DNA of 64,000 nucleotides from Actinomycetes bacterium (GCA_037142235.1 JBAXBB010000001.1:7784-71783); one strand, 5' to 3'. Shown: positions 32,327-43,224, counted from the first letter of the stretch. The notes: generated by a model from the letters alone, not told the origin. Translations and numbers: made by a program.

Positions 32327-32332
32327 AGGCTA
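32327..32332 (-). promoter_or_regulatory. -10 box TAGCCT, 6 nt before the GTG at 32320 (leaderless hem operon)
   Basis: Forward aggcta at 32327-32332. gggccc follows (32321-32326), then the start codon. Confidence 0.45.
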
Positions 32333-32362
32333 GACGGGGGTGAACGCGTAGCCTCCGGGACC

Positions 32363-33064
32363 GTGGTCTTCGCCCTCGCCACCCTGGCGACCCTCCTGTC
32401 GTCGTGGTTCGCCATGGCGACCGGACAGCGGGCGGCGGCCGGGCGGGGCCCCCACCAGGCGGCCTGGACCGTGGCCCTGGTGCTGTTCGCCCTGGCGTCG
32501 CTGGCCTTGGCGATCGGGTCCTCGACCGGCTTCGACCCGGGCACCTACCGCGTCTTCTACACCGCCGGCGCGGTGTGCAGCGTGCCCTGGTTGGCCCTCG
32601 GGACGGTGTTCCTCCTGCTGGGCGGCCGGCGCGGCCGGGTGGTGCGCGCGGGTCTCCTGGTCTTCACCGGCATGGCGGTCGGGACGGTGTTCAGTACCCC
32701 GCTGCGGGCGGTCTCGGGCACGGCGGTGCCGGTGGGTCAGGACGTGTTCGTCGGCGCGGGCCCCCGAGTCCTGGCGGCGATCGGGAGTGGGTTGGGAGCG
32801 ACCGTGATCGTGGTGGGCGCCCTGGTCTCGATGGTCCGGCTCCTCGCCGACCGCCAGGCCCCGGGCCGGGGGCGCCTGGCGGCGTCCAACGCGCTCGTCG
32901 CGCTCGGCACGCTCGTGCTCTCGAGCGGTGGACTCGTGCAGGGATTCCTGGGCCACGACGAGGCGTTCGCGGCGAGCCTGGCGTTGGGGATCGCGGTGAT
33001 CTACTCCGGGTTCCTCGTCGCCGACGGCGTGCGGCGACGGCCGGTGGCCGTCCTGGTCGCCTGA
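32363..33064 (+). CDS. Polytopic membrane protein, unknown function
   Basis: From GTG at 32363, about 7 hydrophobic helices. TAGCCT (32349-32354) lies 8 nt upstream. Confidence 0.5.
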   Translation: MVFALATLATLLSSWFAMATGQRAAAGRGPHQAAWTVALVLFALASLALAIGSSTGFDPGTYRVFYTAGAVCSVPWLALGTVFLLLGGRRGRVVRAGLLVFTGMAVGTVFSTPLRAVSGTAVPVGQDVFVGAGPRVLAAIGSGLGATVIVVGALVSMVRLLADRQAPGRGRLAASNALVALGTLVLSSGGLVQGFLGHDEAFAASLALGIAVIYSGFLVADGVRRRPVAVLVA

Positions 33065-33089
33065 TCGCCTGTTCGACGGCCCACTGGCC

Positions 33090-33182
33090 TCAGGGGCCGA
33101 GGTGCAGCACGAACTGGGCGAAGGCGGCGGCGAAGATCAGCACGAGCAGGGCCACGATGGCGATCGTCGTCGGTTGGCGCAC
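33090..33182 (-). CDS. Possible 30-aa hydrophobic peptide
   Basis: GTG preceded by GGAG with a 5-nt spacer. The peptide is VRQPTTIAIVALLVLIFAAAFAQFVLHLGP. It lies in a 178-nt gap between convergent genes. Speculative. Confidence 0.25.
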   Translation of the reverse strand: MRQPTTIAIVALLVLIFAAAFAQFVLHLGP

Positions 33183-33242
33183 GGGGTCTCCGGTGTCTTC
33201 GGTCGGCTTCGAGTGGTCGGGGTTGGTGCGGCGGCGCGATTC

Positions 33243-34058
33243 TCAGTGCGGGTCGGGCGGCACGAGGGTGACGGCGGCGCCGAAGCGCAGGCCGAGCTCG
33301 TCGGCAGCGGAGCGTCGGTCCAGCGCCAACGAGACCATTCCGCTGCCGTCGACCACGATCACCAGCTCCGAGGGCTTGGCCTCGGCGTAGGTGTGGACCC
33401 AACGGGCGGCGCGCACGGTCTCACCGGCGTGGACCTCCACCCGCTCGCCGGGCCGGGTGCGCAAGGCCGCCGGATCGACGTTGAGCTGGACGTTCCCGAA
33501 TCGGTCGATCCACCAGACGTTGGCGTCGATCGCGCCGGTCTCGGTGACGTTGGCCTCGGGCACGATCCCGGGCACCAGCCCGGCGGGGTCGATCTCGGTG
33601 CCGAGCTCGAAGAGCGCGACCCCGGCGGCGTGGTGGGCCACGGCCGGGGCGAGCACGTCACGGCCGGCGAAGGTCGCACCCTCGGCGTGGAGGTGGTAGT
33701 CGGAGTTGGTCAACTCGAACACCCGTCGGGCGCCGTCGAGCATGGCGACGGCCGGGGCGAGGAGCCCGTTGTCGGGTCCGAAGAGGGTGGCGGGCTCGCA
33801 CTCGACCGCGATGAGCCGGCGGTCGGTGCCGACTCCGGGATCGACGACCGCGAGGACCAGCACTCCCTCGGGCAAGTAGCGGACCGAACGGGCGAGGGCC
33901 AGGGCGCCGGCGGCGACGTCGTGGGGCGGCAGCTCGTGGACGAGGTCGATCACCGTGGCGTCGGGGGCGAAGGCGGCGATGACGCCCTTGCAGACCCCGA
34001 CGAACTCGTCGCGCAGCCCGTAGTCGGAGCAAAAGGCGACGAAGCGTGGCGTGGCCAC
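33243..34058 (-). CDS. SAM hydrolase / SAM-dependent halogenase family protein (DUF62, S-adenosyl-L-methionine hydroxide adenosyltransferase-like)
   Basis: FCSDYGLRDEFVGVCKGVI, VVDPGVGTDRR, TFAGRDVLAP and WIDRFGN are characteristic DUF62 blocks. Confidence 0.75.
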   Translation of the reverse strand: MATPRFVAFCSDYGLRDEFVGVCKGVIAAFAPDATVIDLVHELPPHDVAAGALALARSVRYLPEGVLVLAVVDPGVGTDRRLIAVECEPATLFGPDNGLLAPAVAMLDGARRVFELTNSDYHLHAEGATFAGRDVLAPAVAHHAAGVALFELGTEIDPAGLVPGIVPEANVTETGAIDANVWWIDRFGNVQLNVDPAALRTRPGERVEVHAGETVRAARWVHTYAEAKPSELVIVVDGSGMVSLALDRRSAADELGLRFGAAVTLVPPDPH

Positions 34059-34063
34059 GCCCG

Positions 34064-34267
34064 TCAGCCCGCCTGGGTGTATCGCGACGCCAGGTAGGTG
34101 TTGACGTCGGCGTCGCTGACCCGGAACGAGCGACCGACGCGCACGGCGGAGAGGTCACCGGCCTTGATCAGCCGGTAGACGGTCATGGACGACACCCGCA
34201 TGAGGTCGGCCACCTCCTGCACGGTGAGGAACTTGGCCTTGGAGAACTGAGGACCGGACTCGGACAC
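34064..34267 (-). CDS. Small excisionase-family (MerR-like) HTH DNA-binding protein
   Basis: LTVQEVADLMRVSSMTVYRLIKAGDLSAVRVGRSFRV. GGGAGGG Shine-Dalgarno. The position relative to proC and the hem genes resembles mycobacterial Rv0500A. Confidence 0.75.
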   Translation of the reverse strand: MSESGPQFSKAKFLTVQEVADLMRVSSMTVYRLIKAGDLSAVRVGRSFRVSDADVNTYLASRYTQAG

Positions 34268-34376
34268 GACGACACCCTCCCACTCCGCCGGGGACCGATG
34301 AGCGTAGGCGAACGGGGCCGGAGTTGACCAATGTGGCCACGGTGGCCGTTGTGGGGAGCGCGGCGGGTCGCGATCC

Positions 34377-35660
34377 TCAGTAGCGGGCCACCATCGTCAC
34401 GAAGTCGCGCTCGCCGGGCACGAGGTAGCGATCGTTGGTCCGCGACATCGTGGGCAGGAGCTTGTTGCCGGTGATCGAGGCCGGGTTGTTCGGGTCGGTC
34501 TGCTCGAAGGTGAAGGCGGTGACCCAGTCCTGGTTGATGTCGAGCTCCATCGCCCGGACGGCACCCGCCCGCAGGAACAGCTCGGCGAGCTGGTTCACGG
34601 AGAGCCCGGGGCCGCCGATGTAGATGACCCCGCCGTTGCGGTCGACCCCGACTCCGGAACGCCAGACCAGGACCTTGTTGCCCACCGTGGCGCCCCACTT
34701 GGTGGTGGCCTCGGAGTCGAGGCCCGCCGCCGACTGGCCGTTGTCGACGAGCAGGGCCAGGTTCTGACGGACCTGGGCGACGTTGGCGTCGATCTGGCGG
34801 TCGCGGCCCCACTGCACCACGTCGAGGCTGCCGTCTTTGTTCACGACCATCGAGGCCAGCCCGTCGACGAGCCTGCGGACCTCCGTCCCGTCGTCGTAGA
34901 AGCCCCCTCGGGAGTCGTCGAGGCGGAACGCCGAGTTGAACGCCGCCACGGCCGAGGCCCGGAGGTCGTCGGGGACGTTCGCGCCGTACTTCGGGGGTGC
35001 GCCGGCGGGCTCTTTGAGCCCCGGCACGTGGACGGCCTTGAGGAGCTTCGGGTCCATCCACATGAAGCCCGTCACCAGGCTGGTGTGGATGGGGTCGGGC
35101 CGCATGAAGGACGTGTAGACGGCCGGCAGGCCACCGACCGACCGCCCCGTGGGCGCCCACACCCCTTCGTCGGGGAGGGGCGTACTCACGAAGGGCGCCA
35201 TGTCGACGGGCGGCGGGGTCCGGGGGAGGAGGGCGTCCTTGGTCGACCCCATGAGGAGGGCGTAGTCGGTGGGGATCTGGCCCACGGCCGCGGCGGTGAC
35301 CTTCTTCGAGGTGGGTAGGCCGCCTTCCGGGGTGCCGCCCTTGGGTGGCGCGTGCTGGGAGAACCAGTAGCGCTCGACCTCATTGACGGTCGGGCCGAAC
35401 CCATGGTCGCGCAGCCACTCGACCGTCCGGGCGCTGAGGGTGTCGGTGCCAGGAGCCGTCAGCGCCTGGACCAGGCTGACCGCGGCCGGAACCAGGGCCA
35501 GCACCAGGACGGCCGCCACGACCGCCGCGACGAGGTTCCGGCGGCGGCGGTGGACCCGGGAGCGCCGGTCCCGGCGGGTGGCGACGGGGACGGCAACGGG
35601 CGATACCGGGGCGGTGGGTCCGGTCGGCGACTGCGGTTCGATCGGCGTCTGGCCCTGCAC
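34377..35660 (-). CDS. Phosphodiester glycosidase family protein (DUF2233-like), membrane-anchored
   Basis: The C-terminal region [41 protein letters not shown] is present, with an N-terminal TM helix. The start GTG at 35660 was chosen because GGGAG lies 5 nt upstream. The ORF-track start at 35867 would overlap nuoA. Confidence 0.55.
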   Translation of the reverse strand: MQGQTPIEPQSPTGPTAPVSPVAVPVATRRDRRSRVHRRRRNLVAAVVAAVLVLALVPAAVSLVQALTAPGTDTLSARTVEWLRDHGFGPTVNEVERYWFSQHAPPKGGTPEGGLPTSKKVTAAAVGQIPTDYALLMGSTKDALLPRTPPPVDMAPFVSTPLPDEGVWAPTGRSVGGLPAVYTSFMRPDPIHTSLVTGFMWMDPKLLKAVHVPGLKEPAGAPPKYGANVPDDLRASAVAAFNSAFRLDDSRGGFYDDGTEVRRLVDGLASMVVNKDGSLDVVQWGRDRQIDANVAQVRQNLALLVDNGQSAAGLDSEATTKWGATVGNKVLVWRSGVGVDRNGGVIYIGGPGLSVNQLAELFLRAGAVRAMELDINQDWVTAFTFEQTDPNNPASITGNKLLPTMSRTNDRYLVPGERDFVTMVARY

Positions 35661-35821
35661 GTTCGCTCCCGGTCGGACCGGCGGTCGGGCCCCGCGCCCA
35701 CTGCGTCGGGGAGGCCCCCGCAGGGTAGTCAAGGCGGGCCCGCCGGTCGGGTCGGGGTGGGGTCCGGCGCTCCGAGCATTCAGATCGGGTCCCGCATTGT
35801 CCGTGGCCCACCCACCGCGGA

Positions 35822-35827
35822 TAGATT
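35822..35827 (+). promoter_or_regulatory. -10 box TAGATT, 6 nt before the GTG at 35834 (leaderless nuo operon 1)
   Basis: tagatt at 35822-35827, then ccggcc, then GTG. Confidence 0.45.
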
Positions 35828-35833
35828 CCGGCC

Positions 35834-36313
35834 GTGGCTCTCGAGCAGTACCTGCCGTTCTTCTCACTTCTCGCGCTCGCGTTCCTCTTCGCGAGCCTGA
35901 GCTTCCTGGCGTCGAAGCTGCTCGGTCCGAGCCGCCCGACCGCCGCGAAGCGGGCTCCCTACGAGTGCGGGATCGTTCCGGAGGAGGAACCCTCCGAGCG
36001 ATTTCCGGTGAAGTTCTACCTCGTGGCGATGGCCTTCATCGTTCTCGACGTCGAGATCGTCTTCCTCTACCCCTTCACCGTGGTCCTGAGGGATCTCGCC
36101 GCCTACGGCCTGGCCGCGATGGGGGTCTTCCTCCTCGTGGCGTTGGTCCCGTTCGGATACCTCCTCTCCACCGGTGCCCTCGAGTGGGGTCCGGTGCGTA
36201 CCGTCGTGATCGAGTTCTCCACCCGGGTGCTGCGGGCGGCGGGCATGCCTGGACGCGAGGGCCTCGACCCGGCGCTCATCGGGAGCTCCGCCCCCCGGGA
36301 GGATGCGGCCTGA
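35834..36313 (+). CDS. nuoA: NADH-quinone oxidoreductase subunit A (about 40-aa C-terminal extension)
   Basis: [38 protein letters not shown]. Confidence 0.9.
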   Translation: MALEQYLPFFSLLALAFLFASLSFLASKLLGPSRPTAAKRAPYECGIVPEEEPSERFPVKFYLVAMAFIVLDVEIVFLYPFTVVLRDLAAYGLAAMGVFLLVALVPFGYLLSTGALEWGPVRTVVIEFSTRVLRAAGMPGREGLDPALIGSSAPREDAA

Positions 36314-36867
36314 TGGGTCTGGAAGCGATCTCCCACAATTTCCTCACCGGTCGGCTCGAGGACCTCGTCCGCTGGGCTCGTCGCAACTCGGTGTGGCCCG
36401 CCACCTTCGGTCTGGCGTGCTGCGCGATCGAGATGATGGCGAGCGGTGCGGCGCACTACGACACCGCCCGTTTCGGCATGGAGGTGTTCCGCGCCAGCCC
36501 GCGTCAGGCCGACCTGATGATCGTCGCCGGCCGGGTGAGCCAGAAGATGGCGCCCGTGCTGCGCCAGGTCTACGACCAGATGGTCGAGCCCAAGTGGGTC
36601 ATCTCCATGGGTGTCTGCGCCAGTTCCGGGGGGATGTTCAACAACTACGCGATCGTCCAGGGCGTCGACCAGATCGTCCCGGTCGACGTCTACGTGCCGG
36701 GCTGCCCGCCAGGACCCGAGACCCTGCTGCACGGGATTCTCACGCTGCACGAGCTCATCCGCACTGGAGAGATCATGAAGCGTCGTGAGGCCACCGGCGC
36801 GGGTGCCGGCCTCGAGGTCGCGCAGCGCGACGGCGTTCCGGTGACCCTCTCCGGGGTGAAGGGCTGA
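36313..36867 (+). CDS. nuoB: NADH-quinone oxidoreductase subunit B
   Basis: [10 protein letters not shown]...GVCASSGG...VPGCPP (N2 cluster ligands). Confidence 0.95.
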   Translation: MGLEAISHNFLTGRLEDLVRWARRNSVWPATFGLACCAIEMMASGAAHYDTARFGMEVFRASPRQADLMIVAGRVSQKMAPVLRQVYDQMVEPKWVISMGVCASSGGMFNNYAIVQGVDQIVPVDVYVPGCPPGPETLLHGILTLHELIRTGEIMKRREATGAGAGLEVAQRDGVPVTLSGVKG

Positions 36868-36869
36868 CC

Positions 36870-37421
36870 GTGGCCGACGTCGAGACCGAAGTCGCTGACA
36901 CCGCCGACGAGATCGTGCTCGAGCCGGTCGCCGCGGCATTGGTGGCGCGCTTCCCGGGTTCGGTGGGGATGGTGTCGCACGGTCAGTCGGTCGTCCACGT
37001 CGACCGCGCGTCATGGCGCGCCGCCTCCCTCTTCCTCCGCGACGAGGAGCGGTTCACGCAGTGCGTCGACCTCACCGCCGTCGACCACCTCACCGATGTC
37101 GAACGCCCCCCGGTCGCCGGTGTCACCTTCGAGCGCTTCGAGGTGGTGGCCAACTTCCTCTCGCACCCGCGCAATCTCCGGGTGCGACTGATCGCGCAGG
37201 TGCCCGTCGCCGCCCCCCGCGTCGAGAGCCTCACCTCCGAGTTCCCGGGCGTCGGGTTCGCCGAGCGTGAGGTCTTCGATCTCCTGGGCATCGAGTTCGA
37301 GGGTCACCCTGACCTCACCCGGATCCTCATGCCCGACGACTGGGTGGGTCATCCGTTGCGCAAGGACGACGCCGACGCGCGGATTCCCGTCACGTTCAAG
37401 GGGGACCCGGGCCCGCGATGA
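36870..37421 (+). CDS. nuoC: NADH-quinone oxidoreductase subunit C
   Basis: [11 protein letters not shown]...[36 protein letters not shown]. Confidence 0.9.
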   Translation: MADVETEVADTADEIVLEPVAAALVARFPGSVGMVSHGQSVVHVDRASWRAASLFLRDEERFTQCVDLTAVDHLTDVERPPVAGVTFERFEVVANFLSHPRNLRVRLIAQVPVAAPRVESLTSEFPGVGFAEREVFDLLGIEFEGHPDLTRILMPDDWVGHPLRKDDADARIPVTFKGDPGPR

Positions 37422-38728
37422 GCACCTCGATGCACGATCCTGAACTCGAGGCCCAGCGGCTCGGCCGCCAAACCGACGAGGGAGCCCAGGTCCTCCGCCG
37501 TGACACTCCGGCGCAGCCGGGGACGCACGAGGTCGTCGTCACCGGGGGCATCTGGCCCGAGGACGACGGCACCATGATCATCAACATGGGTCCGCAGCAC
37601 CCGTCGACCCACGGCGTGCTGCGGATGATGATGGAGCTCGACGGCGAGACGGTCCTGCGCGCCAAGCCGGTCATCGGGTACCTGCACACCGGGATGGAGA
37701 AGCAGGCCGAGCACCTCACCTACGTGCAGGGCGGCACCAACGTCACCCGCATGGACTACCTGTCGTGCATGTCGAACGAGCTGGTCTTCGCCCTCGCGGT
37801 CGAGAACCTTCTCGACCTCGAGCTCCCCGAGCGGGCGGTGTGGGCTCGCATGTACCTCGTGGAGCTGCAGCGCATGGCGTCGCACCTGCTCTTCCAGGCC
37901 ACCAACGGCATGGACATGGGTGCGCTCTCGATGATGATCTACGGCTGGCGCGAGCGCGAAGAGGTGCTCCGACTCATCGAGGCGATCACCGGTCTGCGGA
38001 TGAACAACAACTTCATCCGGGTCGGCGGCATCGCAGCCGACCTCCCCGACGGCTGGCGCGAGCACACCCTCGAGGTCTGCGCCCTGGTCGAGTCCGGGGT
38101 CGCGCAGTACGAGGCCCTCCTGCTCGAGAACCCCATCTGGCAGGAGCGCACGATGGGGATCGGCACGATCACCACCGACGATGCACTGGCGCTGGGCATC
38201 ACGGGCCCGATCCTGCGCTCGACCGGCTTCCCCTGGGACCTGCGCAAGGCCCAGCCCTACCTGGCCTACGACCAGGTGCAGTTCGACGTCTGCTACGGCC
38301 GCAACGGCGACTGCTACGACCGCTTCCTCATCCGTCTCTACGAGATCCTCGAGTCGGTGAAGATCGTCCGGCAGTGCGTCGAGCGCATGCCCGACGGCGA
38401 TTACCGCATCCAGGACCGCAAGGTCACGCCGCCGCCGCGGGCCCGCATCGACGAGTCGATGGAGGCGTTGATCCACCACTTCAAGCTCTTCACCGAGGGC
38501 TTCAAGGTGCCGGCGGGCGAGACGTACGTGCCCATCGAGTCGGCGCGCGGTGAGATCGGTTGCTACATCGTTTCCGATGGCACCCCGAAGCCGGTGCGCA
38601 TGCACATCCGCGGGCCGTCGTTCTACAACCTGCAGTCAATGGCCGCGATGGCTCCCGGGACCTTCGTGGCCGACTCCATCGCGATCCTCTCCAGCATCGA
38701 CCCGATCCTCGGTGAGGTGGACCGCTGA
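37418..38728 (+). CDS. nuoD: NADH-quinone oxidoreductase subunit D
   Basis: [23 protein letters not shown]...; ends ILGEVDR. Confidence 0.95.
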   Translation: MSTSMHDPELEAQRLGRQTDEGAQVLRRDTPAQPGTHEVVVTGGIWPEDDGTMIINMGPQHPSTHGVLRMMMELDGETVLRAKPVIGYLHTGMEKQAEHLTYVQGGTNVTRMDYLSCMSNELVFALAVENLLDLELPERAVWARMYLVELQRMASHLLFQATNGMDMGALSMMIYGWREREEVLRLIEAITGLRMNNNFIRVGGIAADLPDGWREHTLEVCALVESGVAQYEALLLENPIWQERTMGIGTITTDDALALGITGPILRSTGFPWDLRKAQPYLAYDQVQFDVCYGRNGDCYDRFLIRLYEILESVKIVRQCVERMPDGDYRIQDRKVTPPPRARIDESMEALIHHFKLFTEGFKVPAGETYVPIESARGEIGCYIVSDGTPKPVRMHIRGPSFYNLQSMAAMAPGTFVADSIAILSSIDPILGEVDR

Positions 38729-39228
38729 TGGGCTTCTCGACCACCGACCGACGGCGCGCCGAGGCGATCGCGGCGAAGTACCCGCAGGCGCGCTCCGCCA
38801 CCCTGCCGCTGCTCTTCTACGTCCAGGACCGTGACGGCTGGGTCTCGCCCCAGGGCATCGAAGACGTCGCGGAGTTCCTCAAGCTCACGCCGGCCCAGGT
38901 CCTCGGGACGTGCTCCTTCTACACGATGTTCAAGACCGAGCCCGTCGGAGCGCTCGTGGTGTCGGTGTGTACCAACGTGGCGTGTCTCGTGCAGGGCGGG
39001 CCCGAACTCCACGAGCAGCTGCGGCGTCGCTACGCCGAGGACGACAGCGTGTTCGTCGAGGAGGTCGAGTGCCTGGCGCACTGCGACCGGGCCCCCGCGC
39101 TGCAGGTGAACTACGACTTCCATGGCCCGCACACGACCGACTCGGCAGTCGACCTCGTCGAGCAATATCGGTCGGGCGCCATCCCCGCCCGCACCATCTC
39201 GGGCACGGCTGCAGGAGGTGACCGATGA
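38728..39228 (+). CDS. nuoE: NADH-quinone oxidoreductase subunit E
   Basis: [2Fe-2S] ligands SVCTNVAC and ECLAHC. Confidence 0.9.
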   Translation: MGFSTTDRRRAEAIAAKYPQARSATLPLLFYVQDRDGWVSPQGIEDVAEFLKLTPAQVLGTCSFYTMFKTEPVGALVVSVCTNVACLVQGGPELHEQLRRRYAEDDSVFVEEVECLAHCDRAPALQVNYDFHGPHTTDSAVDLVEQYRSGAIPARTISGTAAGGDR

Positions 39229-40550
39229 CCGCCACGGAGACGCGCATCGTCTCGAAGTTCCTGCGTGATCGTCCCGACGATTCCTGGACCTACGAAGCCG
39301 CCCGGGCCTACAACGGCGCGTACACCCGGCTCGAGCAGGCGTTCGCCATGGCGCCCGAGCAGATCGTCGAGGAGGTGCAGAAGTCGGGGCTGCGCGGCAA
39401 GGGCGGTGCCGGCTTCGGCACTGGGCAGAAGTGGTCGTTCCTGCCCAAGGGCGTGTTCCCGCGCTACCTCTGCATCAACGGCGACGAGGGTGAGCCCTGC
39501 ACGTTCAAGGATCACATGCTCGTCGAGCGCGACCCCCACCAGATCGTCGAAGGCGCGATCATCACCGCCTACGCGATCCAGGCGAACCACGCGTTCATCT
39601 ACCTGCGCGGCGAGTTCGCCCTCGGCGGTGAGCGGCTGGCGCAGGCCATCGACGACGCCTACCGCAACGGGTTCCTCGGCAAGAACATCGGTGGCACCGG
39701 CTTCGACCTCGAACTGGTGCTGCACCGCGGCGCGGGCTGCTACATCGCCGGCGACGAGACGGGCCTGCTCTCGAGCCTCGAGGGCGAGCGCGCCATGCCG
39801 CGCATCAAGCCGCCGTTCCCGGCGGCCCAGGGGCTCTACGCGGCTCCGACCGTCGTCAACAACCTCGAGACGATCTCCACGATCCCCCACATCATCGCCA
39901 ACGGCGGTGAGTGGTACGCGTCGATGGGCGTCAACCGGTCCACCGGTACGCGCCTCTTCAGCGTGTCGGGCCACGTGGAGCGGCCGGGCAACTACGAGAT
40001 CGAATTGGGCATGACGTTCCGCGAGCTCATCGAAGGGCTCGCCGGCGGAGTCCGCGACGGCAAGCAGATGAAGTTCTTCATCCCCGGTGGCGCCTCGGCG
40101 CCCTGGCTGCTCCCGGAGCACCTCGACTCGCCCCTCGACCTGGACTTCGCGGGCGCTGAGCTGCGCACGATGCTCGGCTCCGGCGCCATCACGATCTTCG
40201 ACGAGACCACCGATCCGCTGCTCGTCTCCTGGCGGCTGGCGAAGTTCTACGCGCACGAGTCGTGTGGCAAGTGCACGCCATGCCGCGAGGGCTCGTCGTG
40301 GATCGAGAAGGTGCTGTACCGCATGGTCAAGGGCCAGGGCCGCCCCGAAGACCTCGACCTCCTGCTCTCGTTCGGGAGCACGATCGTGCCCGGGCTGAAC
40401 GCTCCGTTCGCCCAGACCACCATCTGCGCGCTCGGTCCGAGCACGATGAGCCACGTGGTCAGCCTCGACCGCTGGTTCCGCGACGAGATCGTGGAGCGGC
40501 TCACCCACGACGCCGACCTTCGGCGCCGTCTCGAAGTCACGAGCGCCTGA
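39225..40550 (+). CDS. nuoF: NADH-quinone oxidoreductase subunit F
   Basis: GLRGKGGAGFGTGQKW (FMN site) and ESCGKCTPCREG (N3 cluster). Confidence 0.95.
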   Translation: MTATETRIVSKFLRDRPDDSWTYEAARAYNGAYTRLEQAFAMAPEQIVEEVQKSGLRGKGGAGFGTGQKWSFLPKGVFPRYLCINGDEGEPCTFKDHMLVERDPHQIVEGAIITAYAIQANHAFIYLRGEFALGGERLAQAIDDAYRNGFLGKNIGGTGFDLELVLHRGAGCYIAGDETGLLSSLEGERAMPRIKPPFPAAQGLYAAPTVVNNLETISTIPHIIANGGEWYASMGVNRSTGTRLFSVSGHVERPGNYEIELGMTFRELIEGLAGGVRDGKQMKFFIPGGASAPWLLPEHLDSPLDLDFAGAELRTMLGSGAITIFDETTDPLLVSWRLAKFYAHESCGKCTPCREGSSWIEKVLYRMVKGQGRPEDLDLLLSFGSTIVPGLNAPFAQTTICALGPSTMSHVVSLDRWFRDEIVERLTHDADLRRRLEVTSA

Positions 40551-40557
40551 GGACGAC

Positions 40558-43224
40558 ATGAGTACCGACGCCGTCTCCATGAGCCAGTGGCCCTCCGACC
40601 AGCGTTACGTGATCCCCGTCGCGCCCGGTCCCGACCTGGCGACCATCACCATCGACGGGAAGGAGGTGCAGGTACCGCGTGGCGAGTTGCTGATCAAGGT
40701 CGCCCAGGAGCACGGCACCTACATCCCTCGGTTCTGTTGGCACGAGCGCATGAAGCCCGTCGGCATGTGTCGCATGTGCCTGGTCGAGGTCGAGGGCATG
40801 CGCGGCCTCCAGATCTCGTGCGCGACCCCCGTCACCGACGGCATGATCGTCAACACCCAGAGCGACGCGGTCAAGTCCGCCCAGGACGGCGTGCTCGAAC
40901 TGCTCCTCGTGAACCATCCGCTCGACTGCCCGGTCTGTGACCGGGGTGGTGAGTGCCCGCTCCAGGACCAGACGCTGGCCTTCGGCCCGGGCGAGTCGCG
41001 CTTCGTCGAGGAGAAGCGCCACTTCGAGAAGCCGATCGCCATCTCCGACACCGTCCTGCTCGACCGTGAACGTTGCATCCAGTGCGGGCGCTGCACCCGG
41101 TTCGCCGCCGAGGTGGCCGGCGACGCCCTGATCGCCTTCGGCGGTCGGGGTTCGAACACCGAGGTCATCGCCTTCCCCGACGAGCCGTTCTCGTCGTACT
41201 TCTCGGGCAACACCGTGCAGATCTGCCCGGTGGGTGCCCTCACCGCCAAGCCCTACCGGTTCCGGGCCCGCCCCTGGGACCTCGCCAGCGTCGAGACGTC
41301 GTGCCAGCAGTGCGCGGTCGGTTGCCGCGGCGCGCTGGAGTCCACCTCCGATCGCCTGGTCCGCCTGCTCGGTGTCGACCTCGACCCCGTCAACCAGGGT
41401 TGGCTGTGCGACCGGGGTCGTTACGCCTACGAGTGGGTGCACAGCGACGACCGGGTGGTGAACCCGGCCCTTCGACGCGGCGCGGCGCTCGAGGGCGTGT
41501 CCTGGCCCGAGGCTCTCGACGCCGCGGCCGAGGTGTTGCGCGCTGCGCTCGACGCCGGTGGTCCCGACACGATCGGCGTGATCGGTGGTGCCCGGGGCAC
41601 CAACGAGGATGCCTACGCCTGGGCCCGCCTGGCCAAGGGTGTGCTCGGCACCGACAACGTCGACGCGCAGCTCGCCGACGGGCTGCCCGCCGAGGTCGTG
41701 CTGGGTCTGCCGCGCGCCACCATCGACGACCTCGACCGGGCGGCTGCGATCGTCGTGCTCGGGGTCGACGTCAAGGAGACCCTGCCGGTCCTGTACCTGC
41801 GGGCGCGTACCGCGGCCGAGGAGGGTCGGGTCCCGCTCGTCGACGTGGCCGTCCGCGATCACGGCCTCACGCCCTACGCCACGTCCGTCCACCGGCACCT
41901 GCCGGGTGAGGTCGGCAGCGCGGCTGCCCGCGTGGTGGCCGAGCTCCCGGCGCTGGTGGGCGACCGCACCGGTCCGGTCGTCGTGCTGGCCGGTCGTCCG
42001 TCGCAGGCCGAGCCCGCCACCGCCACGATCCACGCACTCTCCGCGCTCGCGGCGGTTCCGGGGGTTCGCTTCCTTTCTGCCCTGCACCGGGGCAACGTCC
42101 ACGGCGCGCTCGACCTCGGTCTCGCGCCGGGGCTCCTGCCGGGTCGGGTCACCCTCGACGCCGGTGGGGCTCACGTCGCCCGCCGTTGGGGGAGCATCCC
42201 GGCCGCGACCGGTCTCGACACTGCCGGCATGTTGACCGAGGCGGCTGCCGGGCGTCTGCGCGTCCTCGTCCTGCTCGGCGCCGAGCCGCTGGTCGACTTC
42301 CCCGACCGGGCCCTCGCCGCGGCGGCCCTCGCCGCCGTCGACCACGTGATCGTCGTGGGGGCCTTCGCCTCCGACGGCGGTGACGCCGCGACGGTCGTGC
42401 TGCCCACCACGGTCTGGGGCGAGCAGTCCGGCACGACCTCCAACCTCGAGGGCCGGGTGCTGCGCCTGGCCCGCAAGGTCACCCCGGTGGGCGCGGCCAT
42501 GGAGGGATGGCGCATCGCCGGCGAGCTTGCACTGCGCCTCGGCGCCGACTTCGACCTGGCCACGGTGGCCGAGGTCCAGGACGAGATCGCCGACGTCGCC
42601 CCGGCGTTCGCCGGCGTCGACGCTGCCCTGATCGCCCAGGCCCGCGACGGCGTCGTGCTGCCGCTTGCCGAGCACGCCGAATCGCTGGTGCTCGGTCCCG
42701 CTCCGCTCGGTGCGGGGGTCTCGTGGGAGCCCATTCCGGCCGGTACCGACGCCGAGCCACCCGCCTCGGTGGACCCGGCGACCGTGACCGCCGTCGAGGC
42801 CGAGCCGGTCGAGGCCGCCGCCCCGGCGATCCCGGCTCCGTCGGTCGAACTCCTGATCTGGGATCGCGCCGCGGCGCCGGCACCGACGGTGCCCGTCGAC
42901 GCCTACGCCCTGCGCCTGGTCGCGGCCCGCACGCTCTACGGGGCCGACCGCGCCGTGCGCGAGTCGGCGGCGCTGGTGGCGCATGCCCCGCTCGAGAGCG
43001 TCTTGCTGGTGAACCCCACCGACCGCGAGCGCATCGGCGTGGCCGACGGTGAGCACGTCCGGGTCACCTCGGCCTGCGGCCAGATCGAGGTCGCGGTGGC
43101 GGCCGATGCCGGCACGCCGATGGGAACCGCATTCCTGGCGGCGAACCGGAGCGCACCGGGCGCTGCCGATCTCGTCGACCTCGGTGAGGCGGTCACCGAG
43201 CTGCGGGTGGAGACGCTGCGGTGA
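40558..43224 (+). CDS. nuoG: NADH-quinone oxidoreductase subunit G
   Basis: N-terminal 2Fe-2S/4Fe-4S motifs (CWHERMKPVGMCRMC, HPLDCPVCDRGGEC, CIQCGRCTR) followed by a molybdopterin-like domain. Confidence 0.95.
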   Translation: MSTDAVSMSQWPSDQRYVIPVAPGPDLATITIDGKEVQVPRGELLIKVAQEHGTYIPRFCWHERMKPVGMCRMCLVEVEGMRGLQISCATPVTDGMIVNTQSDAVKSAQDGVLELLLVNHPLDCPVCDRGGECPLQDQTLAFGPGESRFVEEKRHFEKPIAISDTVLLDRERCIQCGRCTRFAAEVAGDALIAFGGRGSNTEVIAFPDEPFSSYFSGNTVQICPVGALTAKPYRFRARPWDLASVETSCQQCAVGCRGALESTSDRLVRLLGVDLDPVNQGWLCDRGRYAYEWVHSDDRVVNPALRRGAALEGVSWPEALDAAAEVLRAALDAGGPDTIGVIGGARGTNEDAYAWARLAKGVLGTDNVDAQLADGLPAEVVLGLPRATIDDLDRAAAIVVLGVDVKETLPVLYLRARTAAEEGRVPLVDVAVRDHGLTPYATSVHRHLPGEVGSAAARVVAELPALVGDRTGPVVVLAGRPSQAEPATATIHALSALAAVPGVRFLSALHRGNVHGALDLGLAPGLLPGRVTLDAGGAHVARRWGSIPAATGLDTAGMLTEAAAGRLRVLVLLGAEPLVDFPDRALAAAALAAVDHVIVVGAFASDGGDAATVVLPTTVWGEQSGTTSNLEGRVLRLARKVTPVGAAMEGWRIAGELALRLGADFDLATVAEVQDEIADVAPAFAGVDAALIAQARDGVVLPLAEHAESLVLGPAPLGAGVSWEPIPAGTDAEPPASVDPATVTAVEAEPVEAAAPAIPAPSVELLIWDRAAAPAPTVPVDAYALRLVAARTLYGADRAVRESAALVAHAPLESVLLVNPTDRERIGVADGEHVRVTSACGQIEVAVAADAGTPMGTAFLAANRSAPGAADLVDLGEAVTELRVETLR

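Noticed and set aside
34064-34267. Excisionase-family HTH as evidence of a prophage or integrative element
   Set aside because: There is no integrase, no att-like repeats and no phage genes. The gene is embedded in conserved actinobacterial core synteny (proC ... hem operon) and is co-transcribed with a metabolic gene.
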